From Octopus bimaculoides (lineage: Eukaryota), in contig NC_068999.1 in the NCBI RefSeq assembly GCF_001194135.2, positions 22,207,021 through 22,271,020 on the forward strand: a stretch of 64,000 bases of DNA, read 5' to 3'. A program made the translations under genes and the position numbers. Positions within the stretch are counted from its first letter, which is position 1, and each line of letters starts with the position of its first letter. This document shows, one piece after another, positions 1-11,985 of the stretch. Below the pieces are notes generated by a model, which was given only the letters and a program-made list of their open reading frames with translations, made no database searches and was not told where the DNA came from.

Positions 1-686
1 TTATGAATTGTGCCAAATGCAAGCTTTCTTTTCAGGTACATGACGCTGCTGTCCCCCACCCCAGGGTCTCATGGGTCCACACCTCTCACACCCTCAGGGT
101 TGGCACTCTCAACATCGGCACGCTGAAAGGTAGGTCTGGAGATATTGTTGAGATGCTTGAATGGAGATGTGTCGATTTGTACTGCCTCCAAGAAGTAAGG
201 TTGAGAGGAGGTTCCGCTAAGTTCCTCACAGGCAAAGAACACAGGTACAAGATTTTCTGGGCAGGGAACACTGACAGGGTCGGGGGTGTGGGTATACTTC
301 TTGCGGAGAAATAGGTTGATAAGGTAATAGAGGTAGTCAGAGTATGCGACAGAATACTTAAGATTAGATTAGTGCTTCATCATGGATTAGTAACCATTAT
401 CTCAGCCTATGCCCCTAGGCTGGGGCTACTTGATGGATAGAAAGACCGATTTTATGACACCCTCTTGCAGACTACCTCGTTGACGAATGACAGGGACCTT
501 CTCTTTGTGGCTGGTGATTTCAATGGACATGTTGGACAACATGCAGGGGGCTTCCATGGCGTACATGGAGGCTATGGCTTTGGTTCCCGCAATGAGGAGG
601 GAACCAGACTGCTGGAGTTCTGCGATGCAAATGATCTTATGGTTTGCAATACTAACTTCAGGAAACCTGCCAGTCACCTAGTCACC
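1..686 (+). mobile_element. RTE-clade LINE, APE endonuclease region, degraded
   Basis: Translation LRVGTLNIGTLKGRS...LYCLQEVR...GVGILLAEK*...ISAYAP...VAGDFNGHVG...RNEEGTRLLEFCDANDLMVCNTNFRKPASHLVT contains APE motifs; in-frame TAG stops, truncated after HLVT. Confidence 0.9.
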
Positions 687-1615
687 AGAAGGAAATGACT
701 AGGAAAAGAAAAGCATGATATCTTGGAAATGGTAAATTTAACTTAATTGAAGGGAATCAAGAAACAGGTAAAATTGAGAGCCTGCAACTTTACAGAGATC
801 TGGCTTTGATTTTTGATTCAAGCTATTTCATTTGCATGGATAATATACCTGAGAAAGGCATGGCGATCGCACACACTTATTTTCTTGTCTAAGAAATCAT
901 TATCATTTCATTACATGTTTTTCTCTCATGGATCCAATCTTAGCTGAAAGCATTGGAGAGAGATTCTTTACACACTTCTCTGACTAGCACTCAACTTCAT
1001 GGCTGAGTAGTTAGTATTTATTTCATTTGACCATGCATACATTCAATTTCTGTAAGAGAGGGATCTTATTGAGTGGTTTGATTCTAATATAATATTCGGA
1101 TTTCTTTTATTAACACTAGAGGATTGTAAGATAAGATTAATTCTGTTTGGGACTGAATATGGAAATAAGAGATTACAAATTAAATATCAAAATAAAAATG
1201 CATTAAATCTGTACTTTGCCACCTATTAACTCCAATGCTCTCGAGTAGGTAATGTTAAGATAACCAAAGGAAATAAGATGTCAGATATTACAGAATTTTA
1301 GATTAAATGCTTCAGTTTTTAACTGTGTACCTCTGAGACCCATATCCTGCCAGTATAAATTTGTCTTTCATTTGGGATGGGGGTGGTGGTGGTGGGGGAA
1401 ATACAAAAATACTTCATATGTTGAAGGTTGATTCCAGTTTATGGCTTTGTGCCAGTACCAAAAACCTTATTCTCAGCGTCATCCACCTGTACAATAACAT
1501 TCATACAAGTATGTGGACTTGCAAAGCAAACACATGCCCGGATAATCAAATGCCAAAGAGTTCAAAGACCCAAACAAATAGATTTCAAGTGTTTCTTAGT
1601 CCTGTTCCTCCCTTG

Positions 1616-3076
1616 ATACAACGCACAGAAGGTGGCAGGGGTCTTATACAGCTAGAAAACTATTACAAAAAATAACCACCATAGGACTGCAAAAATACCT
1701 ACTCCAGAAGCAAGGGAAACTAATACAAATAGCCACAAAACACGAGCAAAACAAAAAACTGTTTTCAGTATTTAAGGAAGCTGACAAATACAAACAAGAA
1801 ATCAATCTACCTAACAAATACGAAGAAGAAGAAGAAACAACAAAAGCTATAAAACAAATGAAANNNNNNNNNNNNNNNNNNNNNNNNNNNNNNNNNNNNN
1901 NNNNNNNNNNNNNNNNNNNNNNNNNNNNNNNNNNNNNNNNNNNNNNNNNNNNNNNNNNNNNNNNNNNNNNNNNNNNNNNNNNNNNNNNNNNNNNNNNNNN
2001 NNNNNNNNNNNNNNNNNNNNNNNNNNNNNNNNNNNNNNNNNNNNNNNNNNNNNNNNNNNNNNNNNNNNNNNNNNNNNNNNNNNNNNNNNNNNNNNNNNNN
2101 NNNNNNNNNNNNNNNNNNNNNNNNNNNNNNNNNNNNNNNNNNNNNNNNNNNNNNNNNNNNNNNNNNNNNNNNNNNNNNNNNNNNNNNNNNNNNNNNNNNN
2201 NNNNNNNNNNNNNNNNNNNNNNNNNNNNNNNNNNNNNNNNNNNNNNNNNNNNNNNNNNNNNNNNNNNNNNNNNNNNNNNNNNNNNNNNNNNNNNNNNNNN
2301 NNNNNNNNNNNNNNNNNNNNNNNNNNNNNNNNNNNNNNNNNNNNNNNNNNNNNNNNNNNNNNNNNNNNNNNNNNNNNNNNNNNNNNNNNNNNNNNNNNNN
2401 NNNNNNNNNNNNNNNNNNNNNNNNNNNNNNNNNNNNNNNNNNNNNNNNNNNNNNNNNNNNNNNNNNNNNNNNNNNNNNNNNNNNNNNNNNNNNNNNNNNN
2501 NNNNNNNNNNNNNNNNNNNNNNNNNNNNNNNNNNNNNNNNNNNNNNNNNNNNNNNNNNNNNNNNNNNNNNNNNNNNNNNNNNNNNNNNNNNNNNNNNNNN
2601 NNNNNNNNNNNNNNNNNNNNNNNNNNNNNNNNNNNNNNNNNNNNNNNNNNNNNNNNNNNNNNNNNNNNNNNNNNNNNNNNNNNNNNNNNNNNNNNNNNNN
2701 NNNNNNNNNNNNNNNNNNNNNNNNNNNNNNNNNNNNNNNNNNNNNNNNNNNNNNNNNNNNNNNNNNNNNNNNNNNNNNNNNNNNNNNNNNNNNAAACAGA
2801 AACAATTCCTATCATAGTAGGTGCCTTAGGTATAATAAAAAAATATTCAGACAAATACATAACAAAAATAGCAGGACTTACAAATATATATAACACAGAA
2901 AATTGCACTACTGGGTACTGCACACATTCTACGCAAAACACTTTCAATACAGTAAACATAAGAGCACCACAGCAAACCACAGCACATACCCAAGGCGCAC
3001 AGAGCTGCGCTCGGTAGTGAAGTGAAAGCACGTTATAAAAATAAAACTACTGAATAATAATAATAATAATAATAAT
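1616..3076 (+). mobile_element. R4/Dong-like non-LTR retrotransposon, 5'-truncated, spanning the 930-N gap
   Basis: Left of gap: QRTEGGRGLIQLENYYK...KAIKQMK (post-RT region). Right of gap: ETIPIIVGALGIIKKYSDKYI...QKIALLGTAHILRKTLSIQ* (restriction-like endonuclease C-terminus), 3' UTR and (AAT)n tail ending at 3076. Gap size is compatible with the missing part. Confidence 0.78.
1864..2793. other. Assembly gap (930 N)
   Basis: Direct reading; other gaps at 3532-3541, 4645-5147, 28760-28828, 39949-40048, 56299-57037, 59899-59998. Confidence 1.
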
Positions 3077-3146
3077 CCTTTGCACTAAAAGCACAAGGCC
3101 TGAAATTATGCGGGAGGGGACTAGTCGATTACATTGACTCCAGTGA
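3077..3146 (-). mobile_element. SINE family B, 3' fragment
   Basis: Reverse complement of the family B tail (cactggagtcaatgtaatcgactagtcccctccc...aggccttgtgc), as in copies at 18099 and 22799. Confidence 0.6.
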
Positions 3147-3483
3147 GAGGCTGAAGTATAATAGAACAGGAAAGAGAGAAAGGACGGTGGAGATGATATA
3201 GATATTTTTTTTTAATCAAAGAATGATGAACTGATGTGCTTCCATAAGCTAAATTTACACCAAGTGCTATAGATACATTTATTTTACGATGAGATTCACC
3301 TATATTAAGACTTGTTATCATTTCAAAATATCTCAACATATTATATATGTTTAAATCTTATACACTGGAGTTACCTACTTGAAGATTTTACTTTTATACA
3401 TCTTGTTCCTTGATTTTAATATTAGTGCTACTTCCAACTGATATAAATTTTTTAACAGTCAATTTGCTTTAAAATCCAAACCT

Positions 3484-3487
<4 letters not shown>

Positions 3488-3531
<44 letters not shown>

Positions 3532-3541
3532 NNNNNNNNNN

Positions 3542-3585
<44 letters not shown>

Positions 3586-3592
3586 TTAATTT
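3488..3592. repeat. (GA)n microsatellite with 10-N gap
   Basis: Direct reading. Confidence 0.95.
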
Positions 3593-3689
3593 TGGGAAGA
3601 GGGAAGTTGAACAGCAGTTCAGTATTAAGTAACAAATTATACAAAAAAGACAAAAAAGTTCAAGACTATGAGATTTGGCAAGACTGAAC

Positions 3690-3910
3690 AGTGATAAATT
3701 ATGCCAAAATGATTTTTCCCCTCCCAATAACACATTGGTTATTGTTTTGCCTGAATCCAATCATGCAAAGATTTTTGTTTCACCAAATATTCAACCTTCT
3801 TCATGACTGCTCCATCTATATATTACTGCACAATATATTAAAATCTAGACTTCTAAATATGACTGTGAAACATCCTATTCTCTATTGTAAGATTAATCTT
3901 TTCCCTGCAC
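3690..3910 (-). mobile_element. Possible ancient L1/Tx1-like RT remnant
   Basis: Frame-shifted fragments RRLNIW*NKNLCMI / GKTITNVLLG resemble the post-RT RL..W....LS..GK.T.IN..L region; heavily decayed. Confidence 0.25.
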
Positions 3911-4391
3911 AACTGAATTTCTATGATATGTCTTCTACTTATGTGCTTCTCTTATTTAACAGAAACATCAACTACAATAGCAACTATCACAACCCGGTGC
4001 ACTGTAAGCCAGCAAAAATAGTCTAAACTATTCTTCACTGAACAAAAGTAAACAATCTTTACTGATATTTCTAGGCATGCAATAAATAGTTCAAAACATA
4101 CATTAACTAGTTCTCAGGTCACATAGTCACACGTTATTGTCAGTCAAGCTGAAAGTAGGCATAACAATTATTTTATGGTTCAATGGATAGAGTGTGGTAG
4201 AACATTTCACCTTAAAATATATGCTCCAGTAATTTATGCAATATTGAAATTTGCAAATCAAAATTTGTTGTGTACATAACTAGTACTATTCATTGTAGCA
4301 TAGAAAATTCACATAAAAATGTTACTAAAATGCTTATGTAGCACTGAATCCAGTATCATAAATCAGAAAAGATTAAAATGAAACTTGTGTA

Positions 4392-4435
<44 letters not shown>

Positions 4436-4637
4436 GAGGAAGTTTTGGTGAAGCATTGTGAGGAATAACTTGAAAGAATGTAGTTGTGTAAGGCCGGAAC
4501 AATGTGAGAAGGTACAAAATAAAAGAAACCAAAGTTGCAGTTTTACCTTGTATTTCTATACTTTGAGGTGAAGACTCCTTCTTTGGGACATTAGGAAAAG
4601 TGGTAGTTGGAAGAGGTTATTGCTCAGATACACTTAC

Positions 4638-5149
4638 ATCAGAGNNNNNNNNNNNNNNNNNNNNNNNNNNNNNNNNNNNNNNNNNNNNNNNNNNNNNNNN
4701 NNNNNNNNNNNNNNNNNNNNNNNNNNNNNNNNNNNNNNNNNNNNNNNNNNNNNNNNNNNNNNNNNNNNNNNNNNNNNNNNNNNNNNNNNNNNNNNNNNNN
4801 NNNNNNNNNNNNNNNNNNNNNNNNNNNNNNNNNNNNNNNNNNNNNNNNNNNNNNNNNNNNNNNNNNNNNNNNNNNNNNNNNNNNNNNNNNNNNNNNNNNN
4901 NNNNNNNNNNNNNNNNNNNNNNNNNNNNNNNNNNNNNNNNNNNNNNNNNNNNNNNNNNNNNNNNNNNNNNNNNNNNNNNNNNNNNNNNNNNNNNNNNNNN
5001 NNNNNNNNNNNNNNNNNNNNNNNNNNNNNNNNNNNNNNNNNNNNNNNNNNNNNNNNNNNNNNNNNNNNNNNNNNNNNNNNNNNNNNNNNNNNNNNNNNNN
5101 NNNNNNNNNNNNNNNNNNNNNNNNNNNNNNNNNNNNNNNNNNNNNNNGA
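4638..5149 (-). CDS. Possible next Src42A exon (SH2 second half) mostly hidden in an N gap
   Basis: Minus strand: tgcttatatttAG|TC then Ns, and at the other edge Ns then CTCTGAT|GTAAGT. G|TC would complete Val after the phase-1 donor of the 43709 exon; (GA)C TCT GAT fits ...KDSD. Only 9 putative exon bases are visible and the gap (503) is longer than the expected ~119 nt. Confidence 0.25.
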
Positions 5150-5215
5150 CTAAATATAAGCAGTAGATTCTTTACAATAGGAAGGAATAGGCATATTGTC
5201 TTCATTATATTGTAT

Positions 5216-5544
5216 TCATCATCATCATCATCATCATCATCATCGTTTAACGTCCGCTTTCCATGCTAGCATGGGTTGGACGATTTGACTGAGGACTGGT
5301 GAAACCGGATGGCAACACCAGGCTCCAGTCTGATTTGGCAGAGTTTCTACAGCTGGATGCCCTTCCTAACGCCAACCACTCAGAGAGTGTAGTGGGTGCT
5401 TTTACGTGTCACCCGCACGAAAACGGCCACGCTCGAAATGGTGTCTTTTATGTGCCACCCGCACAAGCCAGTCCAGGGGCACTGGCAACGATCTCGCTCG
5501 AAAATCCTACAGGAGCCAGTCAGGCGGTACTGGCAACGGCCACG
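5216..5544 (-). mobile_element. RTE-tailed SINE-like repeat (family E) with (GAT)n tail, young
   Basis: Plus reads (tca)n-tcgtttaacgtccgctttccatgctagcatgggttgg...ctggatgcccttcctaacgccaaccac; near-identical to 60065-60212; internal short repeats ggcactggcaacg/ggtactggcaacg. Confidence 0.8.
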
Positions 5545-8500
5545 TTAACATCTATTCAAACAATATAAACCATAACTATCTAAACCTTCATCCCAAGCTG
5601 CAAAAGGTACAGAAAGCTCCATAAAATATATTTGCCTATTTAAAACAGTTACCTTTGGTTGTGTAGCTAGAAACACTGTAGTTTTTATATTATTTTAATA
5701 TTTTTACATGCTGCAGCATCTTGAAATTTCGATATGAGACTAACAAAATAGATCAAAAAAGGAAAAAAACATTGGATGCTATCTTGGCATTTGGAGTGGT
5801 CAGTACTAACAAGTCAAACTGACCCCACACTCTGTACTTGTAGCTTTATGTTTACTATTTAGCTCAGTGAATGGATTAAGAGTATTTAAACATCAGGATG
5901 AAAATGATTCCTAACACAACATTTATTACTCCGTGCTTCCTTGTTTACACTTGTTGATTTTCTTCTTAAGTTAGATATTTCTTACATTTGTGTTTGAATG
6001 AACATGTGTGTCTTGCATGATTGTGCATGGGTGTGGGTATAAGTGTGCATGAATAGTACTAAAATCTTCTTATTATTACTCTTTCCTCTATTTTTCTTCC
6101 ATATGCACACTTTGCCAACATACACAGACAGACAGTCAAACAGTTACAAATACACACAGATTTGGCGGCCAGTCTTGAATGGTGAAAACAACAATCTATT
6201 GATTTTCTGATTTCTACCTACACTGAGTAATTTGAAGTAACTAAGCTGCCTAGTTCCTTCTGCTTCTGCTGTTGCTACTGCTACATTTTCAACCTGATAT
6301 GAATGCATAGCAGCAGCAATAACATAAATAACCATTCAATGTATTTTTTAACTAGAAGCAATAAGAAAAACAAAAAACAAAACAAAGAGCAACAAAACAA
6401 AATCTTCAGTGCTAATGTCATAGCAGGATTGTGCGTGTGGAATTTACCAATCAACAATTGATCAGTTGAACAATATTTGCTACTACTAAAACAAGCTGTG
6501 CAAGGTACTGTTATGTCAGATAACCTTACATGCAGGTGTGTCAATTAGAGTAGAGAAAATGAATAGATTATCAAGATTTTAATCACACAACATTAGTAAT
6601 GAAGCTTTAAAGTGAGAGTATTTACAAGTTACTAGTATGTTTGGTTTATTATTTACACATTGAAATAAGTCTTGATATTATTCAAATCACATATGAAGAA
6701 CACAAAAACTACTTAAACATGTTAAGTAATTAGCATAGAGTCTATTTTAAAAATAAATCCTCATGATACATTCTGGCACATATACATATTTAAAGCAGCT
6801 GGTAGTTTAAAAACAATTCAAATTCTCAGTTATATATTTATCTCACAATAGGTGTAGAAATATTTAATCACTTTATTTGGCAATTATTAATCAAGCAACT
6901 GATACTAATGCAGGTGAGACCAGCCTGAATATCTACAAAGAGAGAACTACAAACAAGGAGAGGAGTGGAAGGAAAGGAAATTGGTTCAAATGTTAGCAAG
7001 AGTGTGTTCTCGTGGTACCCAATGACCAGGTGATGATGAGTTAGATCTATGGTATTTTGTTTGTTATGATAAAGTAATATCAAACAAGAAAAAACTGGAA
7101 GACAATAACAATATTATATTAGCTACCAAAGGAAAGAAAGATAGGAACAATATGGGACAACATAAGACAAATAAACAACTGTCAGGTTTCAAGGATAGTT
7201 TTCAACTAGTCTATATCTGTCCAACCTATTAGAGCTGGCAAAATTATGCTTAGGACATAAATTAATTAAAAAAACAACAGAAATTCAATGAAATATTATG
7301 TCCCACAAAGACACACCCTTTACCCTAAAATCCATCAAATGCTTTAAAAGATATTTATACTAGCATTACAGATATCAACATTAATCTTGAGATGACATAA
7401 TAGCTATTGTGTTTGAATAAAATGTAAGTTACAGAAAAAAAAATCTACAGAGAAAGATAAATTGTGTGTAATTAATAATTCCTTTGTATTAGATATTGAC
7501 CAGTATATTTTTATTTTCATACAGTAAGTCACACTGGAAGTTGAAACTCAAACCTAACAGTAATGGGACACTTTACTATGGACACAAGCATTGCTCTGTG
7601 GCCAAGATGTTCGTTTCACAATCACATAGTCCTGTTTCATTTGTATGGAATCTTGAATAACCTCTATGAGTGAAGTAGAAACTATGTCAAAATCTCTTGA
7701 TCTGTTGTATCTGTTCCTAAGTGAAAGATGTAGTCTGTTATTTGGTTTAATCTCACAACCTGGCTTTTGGCTACTTTTAGTAGTGTTCATCCTGTAGCAA
7801 ACATTCATATAGGGTCTCTGGTCTAAGGATAATTTGATACCCTGATGTGCTGCTTCCTACTACAACAATCCATAAGTTTTGATTTCTTCCACTCTCCTTC
7901 CATTAGTTTTGGAGACCCTGCAGGGGTCATAAGCAGTGCCTCTTTCTCTTCTGGCAAAGCCATAAAAAAGTTCTTTGACAAGATCTTTTGGCTCTCCTAG
8001 GTTAGCCCACATAGAAAATAACTACTAACTACATTGAAGAAAATATTCATATGAGAAATTTGCAGCTGCAAAAATATCTACTCCAAGAAAATAGACATGT
8101 CTAATCCATGAAAACATATAAAAAAGAAAAGAGACAGAATTGGAGGCAGATGGTGAGCATAAGTGAGGAGAAATTTAGTGAGCTCAGTAATTTCTCCACC
8201 ACTTTATTTATTTATGACAACACCCTTTTCTGTTACTCCAATGAATGCAAGATGTTGATTTTTTGTTTATTCTGTTTCTTTTAATGATAGTTTTAATTAT
8301 TACATGTGAGAAATAAGAAGTAGAAATAGGTTGTGAAATAAAGAAAATGATGAGATATAAGGAAAAGAAGAAAAAAAGGAGAATAATTAAAAATCATAAT
8401 GGAATGATTTGTACTAAATATTCCACTAACTTGTCTGTGTTAGTCATTATCATATGTCTGAGTCAGCATATGACCAAGTTCTAGTAAGATTGTCAAGTAA

Positions 8501-9349
8501 ACTAATACACCAATCAATAGTGTCAACTGAGATATAGTGTCAGTAAAGCATTTCAGTGATATTTGCTTTAAATTATAACTGTCTAAACTTAGATATAAGA
8601 TGTAATGGAAATACATGCATACAACATACAGAGGTTAAAGAGAGTAACCAGGATTTTACTTTCTCCTCACTTCATGGTCACTTCTGTTGTCACTCATCAT
8701 CTACTCTTTAACTTATCCCATCACTCTCCCTTATCTTTTTCCACTTGTGTTGTTGTCAGTCACTCTCTATTCATCTCTACCCCAATTCCTCAGGACTATG
8801 TATCAGAAAACTGCACTGGTCCACCCTTATCCCTTCACTCTACTTATGTATAAGAAACTGCACTGGATCATCCTCATACCTCAACAATTCCTTCTCTTTA
8901 GTTCATTTTCTTTACTAGTTTTGCCTTTATCTACTACCAGCCTTCACACGCTCGCCCTCAGGACCATTTCTATTTCCAATTATCAACCACTCTTTATCTT
9001 ATCCCTTGACTACAACTGATTGGTGAGCAGGACAATCTCCCTCTAGTATAGATATCATAAAATGTATCCAGTACACATTGTAAAGTGGTTGGCTAATGAG
9101 TAGAAAATGTGTAGGGTTCTGCAGTCCCTTTATGAAACCTCTCTGGTGTTGGTGCCATGAAAAAGGTACCTGGAACACACTAAAGTGTGTGACAGGAAAG
9201 GCATCCCACCGTAGAAACCAAAACAAATGACACATGTAAGCAGCTCACAATAAGAAATTAATCTGCTGAGAACTCATCCCATCCATGCCAGTATGGAAAG
9301 GTGATGTCAAAATTATCACAATGAATATTCTATTTATCTATCCAGCCTT

Positions 9350-9985
9350 CATCTCCACCTACTATTTCTGAGAGGGATTGGAGTCCTTAGGCATCTCTTC
9401 CATAGGATCCTATCAGATGTAACTGTCATTACACTTTCTGAAACCATGGATATTATCTGTCTCACTCTTGGCCTACCCTAGGTCTCCAGCTGGTTGGCAC
9501 AGCTTGAAGAATCTATTTTGCAATTCTTCCCAGCAATATTCTTATCACATGACTCTAGTACTGGAGCTGTAACCTCTCAATGCAGAAAGGTAGCAGCTTG
9601 ACCTCAGGAGACTCCCTGATCTCTGAGCTCCGCACCCTGTCAAGTAACATTACTCCAGAGATCTTTTGGAGGAACCCCATTTCAGCTACTTGTGCTCATG
9701 ATTGTATTATTTCAGTCATTTATGACCATAGGTAAGGATAGAGATGAAAAGTGCACTGAAAATAGCAAGTCTGGCATTTTTTTTCAACCTCTGCAGTTCT
9801 GGGGACTAAATGCAAGAGCTGGCTCATTACTGTGCCAGCACCTGCAATTCTAGTGTCCTATTCAGCCTCCTGCTTCCCATCACTTGTGAACAAGGCACTG
9901 AGATAAAATTTCTCCACTTGTCTCAGGGATGTTTCACTAACATGCAGAGGGCACAAAGTAGATTTTTTTTTTTTGGAGAAGACAA
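9350..9985 (-). mobile_element. Rex3/Expander-type RTE LINE, RT C-terminal region, degraded
   Basis: Minus translation with stops/frameshifts: QVEKF-YLSALFTSDGKQEAE*DTRIAGAGTVM...ILTYGH...QVAEMGFLQKISGVMLLDRVRSSEIRES...IERLQLQY*SHVIRI, matching the YLG.LFTS.G...YGHE.W...AAEM.FLRR...DRVRSS.IRE pattern of Expander/Rex3. Confidence 0.75.
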
Positions 9986-11776
9986 ATGAATATTAAAAAG
10001 TTAAATAAGTTTTGAAGAATGACTATGTTCAACATTCACTGCATTCACTTCTATCCCCATCTCTATCCACCTGCTACTTGCCTTTCACACTCTCGTGAAC
10101 TTAACAACTTATTCTGTCTGATCCTCCACTCCATTTCTCTTGCATTCACCTTCCAATACCTTGAGAGTACACCCTGATACCTCATCACCATCACCATCTA
10201 TCTTTTTCCAGTTGGGGTAGCCATGTAACTCCTCTACATCAAGACACTTGTTCCTCTCTCATACTCTAACCTTTTCCCACCAGGCATAAAGTTACTTCCC
10301 TCAATATTACACCTCTACTCAGCTGAGGCATCTTGTCTTGCAAGAATTCTGTAAAGTGACTGGCATAAGGAAGGACATCAGACATAGACACCATGCCAAA
10401 GCAGCTCAATGTAGTGCTTGGCTTGTCAGAGCCTAGCAAACCAGCCAACCCATGCCAGCATGTAAAATAAGACATCAAACAATGAATAGTGAGAATAATA
10501 TTCAGTAAAGTACATAGTTTTATGCACATTTACGCAACCAATCAGCAATAAAGAAATAGTTCTATTAAATTTTGTAATCAATGGAGCAAGGTAGTGAGGA
10601 AAATGAAAAACAATTATCAGTTTAATTTCTTAAATGCTAAGTCATAATTGTGAACACTAATCACAAACTATTTTTCTCATCTTAATATCATAATGGATTC
10701 CTTACTGTAGATATGAGACATACTGTCTATATGACTGAGAAAAATTAAAAGGAACTGCTATAAGTGACAATAAACACTTTTACTCAATGCTGTTACAACT
10801 TTAAATATAGAGATTCATTATGTTAGTATTGTTGAAAGAGTGTGAGTTAAAGGCACATCAAAATATGTTGCAGAATTTAGTTCATTCAGATCTAGAAAAA
10901 ATTGTTTGGTTATGGTATTTAACATTGAAGTAGTGTCAATATCTAAAGGCAGCTTAACCCCAAATAATTGTAAGGATACTATATTTTATTTAAATTCTGA
11001 TAAAATATCATTCAAAGTAATAAAGTTGCCTCAATAAAATTTCTGATTTTAGTTGTAAACATAAGGTTCTACAATTTCCATGACAGTAAAAGCCAAAATA
11101 AAAACAGCTACCAGCTAACTTAACATATACCAAGTAGATAACACTTTACATTTGTAGAGTTGACACTTTTGTCATTAGTTGAAAGTAAGTCAATAGCTAG
11201 TGAATGAGGAAAACTTCAAATTTTTAACATAAAAAACAAAACTCTTTATTATATCCTTTTAAATTGAAACAAAGATTGGCTGACAGAAATTTTGTTAGGC
11301 CCTTGAGATAAGGAGTTAAGTGTGTCAAGTTGTATCTTGCATATCCTTGTAGCAAATAACAATGTTGCTCTTTCAGTTTCAGGAGAGGAAATCTTAAGGT
11401 TGGTGATTGATAAATATGAGTGGCTTAGACTATTTTCAATTTGAGAAAACATGCAAGATTTATATATGTAAAACATATAGAAAACATTTTAAAGTACATC
11501 AGATAGCCATCAGTTGAAAATAAATCTAGGGATTAATCAGAATCACTGATAATTACCAGAGTCAGATATGGAAATATGTAAAAATATTAATGAGAATGTC
11601 AATCAAGGAAAAATTTCTTGAGTTTGATGTTGAGTCTAATTTGATTCTGATAACAATAAGAAGACTAAAAGACTAAATATTAGAAAACAATTTTTCTCTA
11701 AAGATGTGGTTGTTTGTGAACAAAATTAATTTCATATTAACAACTAATCTTCCGATAACAATAAGTAGACTAAAAG

Positions 11777-11985
11777 CATGCTGGACAAAATGTTCCATGG
11801 CATTCCTTCTGGCTTTATGTTTTGAGTTCAAATTCCACAGATGTCGACTTTGCCTTTCATCCTTTTAGGATCAATAAAATAATAGCAGTTCAACTCTGGG
11901 ATCAATATAATTGACTAGCCCCCCCCCCCACCTCCCAAATTTCAGGCCTTGTACCTATTGTAGAAAGGATTATTATTTTTTTAGT
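11777..11985 (+). mobile_element. SINE family B, 5'-truncated
   Basis: gagttcaaattcc (box B)...gtcgactttgcctttcatcc...gactagcccc...ttgtacctattgtagaaaggattattatt; matches 49642 copy. Confidence 0.75.

Noticed and set aside
1807-5269. Long ORFs in the track spanning N runs (also 28578-28994, 39890-40216, 56211-57298, 59864-60057)
   Set aside because: Artefacts of translating gaps and microsatellites; only the flanking LINE peptides are real.
7554-8030. Minus-strand ORF pieces (MWANLGEPK..., GLCDCE...CP) suggestive of a LINE C-terminal zinc knuckle
   Set aside because: Resemblance too weak to assign a clade or call a host exon without a search.
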